64,000 nt of DNA, taken from the NCBI GenBank assembly GCA_010015585.1, contig ML975162.1. One strand, given 5' to 3'. Under the pieces are notes generated by a model. That model worked only from the letters and a program-made list of their open reading frames with translations, was not told the DNA's origin and did not search any database. Shown piece by piece: positions 59,028 to 64,000 of this stretch; position 1 is the stretch's first letter, and each line of letters opens with the position of its first letter. The translations under genes were made by a program, and so were the position numbers. The DNA is from Eremomyces bilateralis CBS 781.70. Lineage: Eukaryota.

Positions 59028-59682
59028 GCAAACGTCGTGTTGGAACAATTGCGGTTGATACAGTCGTCGTCTGAATAGCAGTATATCATCGTACCTAGTC
59101 CTGATCTCAAGGTATCCGTATGATCACGTGGACCTGACATACCCTGAAATCAACGTCACTTCATCAGAAAAAAGTTCCCATCGACTCTGGCATTGCATCT
59201 TCTACTTTATTTACTACTTTAGTCGAAATAGTAGTCTGCTATAGTGGACCATTCGATTTGTTGCATGTCTGTTCTCAAAGAAGTTGTGAACGTGGAACTT
59301 GGCTTTGTGGTGTCAGGGCCTCAGGGGCTCCATTTCGAATTCTCAATGGACTGCTTCGCGAGACTTCTCCACCAGATCAAAGAGGTAGCATGCACTGATA
59401 TTGATGGCTTCCTCAGTCTGGATACTACCGTTATCAAATCGTCTTCACATCATATGAAAGGTTCTAATTCCCGGGTCTCGGCTGTCCTACGGGTCCAGAT
59501 CAAAGTATACACATCAGCTACACATATCGGTATTGACGGGGAACCCAACAGACATGGTGTCCTGGGTATATACGAAGTGGAAAATAGCCAATTGCAAAGA
59601 AATTATCAACATTTCTTAGGGTTCTCGGAACATCTACAATTAAAGCGTCTAATGCAAACCCGTCGATCACCCCTCCCCTACC

Positions 59683-60443
59683 CTATCGACTTGCGCTCCA
59701 ATATTTGAGACCATACTCCAGGTACAATTCCTCATCCGCCTGAATATCCCTAGATGCGTACATCAGTACTACTAAAATCAATACAGGACGGTTGGTTCCG
59801 GGACAATTCACTCCAGACAACCGAACGTACCCTTGGTCTGCTCTGACGTTCGGCTCCTAGTGGGTTACGATAAGGCTAGCTTTTTTGCGTCTAATCGATG
59901 CCGCACTGAGATTCCTATATTGGGCAATATCGATAGGGTCGTTGATGAGTCGAGACTCGTTCCTAGCGTTCCTTGCGCTTACATGGAATGAATTCGGCAC
60001 GCCCCTAGTTCTAGATTGCCTCCAGTATACGCGAGTGCTCGTCCCTCCTCTTCTCGGTTTAAATCGCAAACATAGTCATCAGTCGGGTCGTCTCTGTTTT
60101 GAAAGTAAGTGCCCCATTAGGACCCAAGATACTGGCCGGCTGGGTTGAAATGCTAGGCAAATAGGCCGTAGCTGATCCGAGGATTACTAGCGGCGAAGTG
60201 GTAGCCATTAAGCCTTCGATCTTCGGTGAGTTGCCGAAAGTTCGTGGACGTAATATCTTCTACTGGGGGCAAGGCATTTCTTGCAGCTAGACGTTGCGGT
60301 TCTGGAATTATTAGGTGGCGAGCTTGGGGGTCATTAATATAGGCTGGAAATGTTTCTTGGCAAAATTCGGGTCCTTTAATGTATTGGGCTACGTTAGCTC
60401 CTCTTGTGGGCCCGCCCCGTGATGGGAGTGGATCATTACTCAT
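59683..60443 (-). pseudogene. degenerate small SET-domain gene
   Basis: YGLFA*HFNPAGQYLG (SET-N), NESRLINDP, EPNV, MYASRDIQADEELYLEYGLKYW (SET-C). Stops at 60153-60155, 60117-60119 and 59857-59859. Confidence 0.65.
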
Positions 60444-61416
60444 GTTGAATATAATTTTTGGAAGGGTTTGGACCGGGAATTCTTAGCACAGCTAAAGCGA
60501 AGGGAAGGAGGGATGTGTGGATTTCGAATCATGGCTTCGGATCGTGAGCGGGTGGATCTTATATCACGGATCAGACACGGTGCAATTTCGTCAAAGATTG
60601 ACACACAAAGGCTTGTCATCCATTGCGTAGCTTTTAGACAAAGGATACGGTTGGCGAAATGAAGATGGAAATGTTGCAGTCAAAGAATGGATGTGTCCGA
60701 TTGTTGGGGACTAAGTTGAACGATTGTGAATTAATATCTCCAAAAAGGAGAAATTGCCCACGACGGATGGCGGATCTGTCTCGCTGAAGGCCTTATGCAA
60801 CTGCTGGACGGTCCATAGCTTTGCACAGTGCTGAAATATGCTCCCGTCCTTGAGTATCCGAGGGATGATAAGTCTGTCACGAAGAGCCAAACAACAGCAA
60901 GACAATCGTACTTGACGAATCGTAGAAACAAGGGTTTGTGGCGCCTCCGAGCAGCTCGGCAGCAGACAAATAACTTTGTCATTTCAATAAAGACAAAAAT
61001 AGGGATATCGTTCGCCCATGGTCCTGATTAAACGTCTCGAGGAGGATGTTTCGTCATCGAAGCCACAGTTGTCGTTCGAATCTTGACCAGTACCAGCTGA
61101 CAAGGTAACACTCCTTGATGTTTTGTTAGTTTAGACTCATCTCGAATATTGGTTGGTTGAGCTCACGTGGTCATTAGTCTAGTAATATGGTTTTGTAGAG
61201 TCTTGGAATACCGCAGCTTCCATGATAGCGGATTGAAGGAGATATAGCGACCATTTCAGACTTCAATTTAGCCGAGGTTTTGAGACCGTTGGTCACAATA
61301 TGAAGCGAGGCTGATGGTTAGAAATCGCAGCAATCTCCACACCGTGTCTCAACTAAGAACGAGCCTGCGACCATATAGAGCGTATCGAATAAGTACTCGG
61401 TGGGCTGCTCCCTTGC

Positions 61417-62057
61417 TCAGGACTGGCCGTTTGGCGGGAAAGTCGACTCTTTTTTGGTGCCATCATGGTAGATCCGCACAAAATTCATAGGGGCCAACCC
61501 CGCCCATTCGCCATGCCACTCGAGCAAAGCCTCGAGGTTCTTCGGATCCTCAAGATCCGGCATCCAGAACCCGGATCGATATTCACGCTGTTCTTGATCG
61601 ATACGCATCCTTAGCTGATGCTCACGGATGCTGGGTGGCCGGCCGGGTCGCCGTTCGGATTTGACGCTTGCAAGCTCATTCGCGCTTCGTTCAATGTATC
61701 TAAGGTAAAATGAGCGACAATGCCACAGAAAGAGATTGACTGGCCTCACCGTGCGATCATATCTTGCATCTCAGAGATTGATTGGGGTCGATTTGCCAGC
61801 TTGGCTTCGCCATGAAAGAAAGCGACCCGGGATACTGAACGAAATTAGTCAAAGATTCCAATCCAGACAGAAGCATCTGACGAACAGAAAGAATCATTTT
61901 GTTTGTCCCTTGATGCCACGAGCTTATGCACTTTTTCCTCCCGCGCACTGGCTCTTTGAAGGCGTCGGTAATCGCGACTCTTTTCATGGAGCGCCGTCGA
62001 TGCGCCCTTCTTCTTGGCGATCTGCTTTTGCACTTTGTTCAGACTTTTCGGCGGCAT
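61417..62057 (-). CDS. TMA16: translation machinery-associated protein 16, 3 exons
   Basis: MPPKSLNKVQKQIAKKKG...LHEKSRDYRRLQRA.AREEK...ERRPGRPPS.RE...EYRSGFWMPDL. Confidence 0.88.
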
Positions 62058-62685
62058 TGTTGTGGGATTATTTTTGGTAAACTTGGTTGAACAAAGAAAA
62101 TTCACATTTCCGTTTGTTGGGTTGATGTTGTGAAATTACAGGGATCTTCCGGTTAGCGTGCCTTATCGATAGAACTCCCCAGAGCAGTGCCCAAGGGCCA
62201 AGGCCCAGTGCCCCTCAGGCTCAATAAGCCATCTCACTTAACGGCGTAGGGAGGTTCCTCGCGATAGATTTCAGACAGTTCAAGTCAACCTTTGGTAGCT
62301 TCTGGAGTAAATCCAGGTTTAAGCGTCTCAGTCTAGGCGCAAAGCGCGGTATGTCCCCATATCCTCCGTGATAGATAGCGAAACTCATGAGTGGCCGAGT
62401 TAATGTGAGAGGGAAAGTCATGAGCGTCAACACACCTCTCATATGGTCAAGGGCCACACCGTCAAGGTTAAGCTTTCCAACTTAACTATTTAAAGCGAGG
62501 ACGCAAAAGATTAGAGAATGGTGCAGCTCCGCAGTGTCCTGCAAGTTCGGGCAGCAGGGGCCAGGGGTGGCCGAGCGATGTGCGGGGACTAGCGTGGGCA
62601 ACAGGTAGCCACTAAGCCGCCTAACCATAGCCGTGGAGAGTTGCAGGTTCCTTAACCACCGCTGGATGCTCCATGAGATCCATTT

Positions 62686-62879
62686 CCGAGGCTCGTAATC
62701 CGATGGAAGAAGTTCATGGATGGGTCGCTTGATATTTGAATAGGGTGGTGTGTAACGTAACCTGAGCAAGATGTGCCGAACATATCTGCAATGCCGTATC
62801 CCGAGAATTCGGCTGGCGGACATCTGGGGATGACCAGGGTGCGTCAGTGAGCGAGGCTGTTGTTGTATGTCATCCTCGG
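62686..62879. promoter_or_regulatory. two CCGAGG/CCTCGG FarA-type fatty-acid induction sites upstream of FOX2
   Basis: CCGAGG at 62686-62691 and CCTCGG at 62874-62879, within 320 bp of the ATG. Confidence 0.5.
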
Positions 62880-63005
62880 TTCTTCCCCGCATATTCGACC
62901 CCGAACTGCAACCTGCTATTATAACTAGGCGATGCTTATGAGCGTCGCAATAGAGAAGTTTCCAATGACAATTCACACTGTGGAAAAATCAAACCAGTAG
63001 TAACC

Positions 63006-64000
63006 ATGCCAGAACTACGTTATGACGGACAGGTGGTGGTTGTTACCGGTGCAGGGGCTGGACTGGGGAAGCAATACGCCAAGTTCTTTGGGTCAAGAGG
63101 TGCAAAGGTGGTGGTGAACGACCTGGGCGGGACGTTTAATGGAGAAGTTGGGAATGATCAACGGGTATGTCGCTCAACTAAAGCCATTGTTAATCTCACC
63201 TGAACTATTGTGTAGGTCGCTGCCCAAGTTGCCGACGAGATCAAGGCCGCTGGCGGTATCGCAGTGCCAGACTTCAACAACGTCGAACAGGGAGAAAAGA
63301 TAATCGAGACTGCCATTGGGAATTTCGGACGGATCGATGTCCTCATTAACAATGCAGGCATTCTTCGAGATATCACGCTTAAGAACATGACGGACAAGGA
63401 CTGGGACCTGATCCACGCGGTGCATCTGCATGGCGCGTACAAAACGGCGCGAGCAGCGTGGCCGCATTTCCGAAAGCAGCGATATGGTCGAATCATCAAC
63501 ACGTCGTCGGCTTCCGGACTCTTCGGCAACTTCGGCCAATCGAACTATGCCTGTAAGTTTCAGGTGGGATAGAACAACGACTGTGTTATTAGTGTACTGA
63601 CCTATTCTAGCTGCTAAAGTCGCCTTGGTTGGCTTCACAGAGACATTGGCTAAGGAGGGCGCCAAGTACAATATCGTAGCGAATGTCCTCGTTCCCGGCG
63701 CAGCCAGTCGACTGACGCAAACGGTGTGGACTCCCGAGATGATGGAGGTCATGAAGCCGGACTGGGTGGTCCCCATTGTGGCTGTCCTCGTCCACTCATC
63801 GAACAGGGAAACCGGAGCCATCTTCGAGGCTGCAGCGGGCCACTTCTCGAAGATTCGCTGGGAGCGGTCGGGCGGATTGTTGCTGCGCCCAGATGACACC
63901 ATGACCGCCGGAGCCGTGTTGAACGGCTGGGATAAGATCCACGATTTTTCGAAGCCTGAATACGGAAGCGGCATTGGGGACAGCATTGGCACCCTTGAGA
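63006..64000 (+). CDS. FOX2: peroxisomal multifunctional beta-oxidation protein (hydratase-dehydrogenase-epimerase), 5' part
   Basis: [21 protein letters not shown]...[59 protein letters not shown]; truncated by the window end. Confidence 0.92.

Overview
This is a gene-dense window from a filamentous ascomycete (Pezizomycotina-type GT-AG introns with CTRAC branch points). Two core-gene arms flank a ~21 kb accessory island. The left arm (1-28.3 kb) holds a C2/Munc13-like protein, a bHLH factor, a GH18 chitinase, OCT1, MIC26/27, HOP2, THI6, eIF5, MED22, cysA, HSP12 and FIG1. The right arm (49.7-64 kb) holds FMP25, COG3, an SDR, PKR1, an RRG8-like gene, TMA16 and FOX2. The island (28.4-49.6 kb) carries a divergent GH76, a DHA14 MFS pump, a SOA1/AstA-like transporter, decayed carboxylesterase, TauD, HET and TPR genes, and transposon material. 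The most striking object is invisible in the ORF track: a 14-exon gene (43546-46723, minus) that splices by hand into an uninterrupted 833-aa Mutator-like DDE transposase. Its 13 short introns are regularly spaced, and most share a near-palindromic AATATATTC(C/G)GAATATATT-type motif not seen in host introns. The window also holds a 401-bp foldback MITE, a nested pair of non-autonomous TIR elements, poor-context uORFs in the eIF5 leader, and a recurrent C-rich-to-G-rich skew switch inside core genes. All calls come from manual reading; no searches were run.
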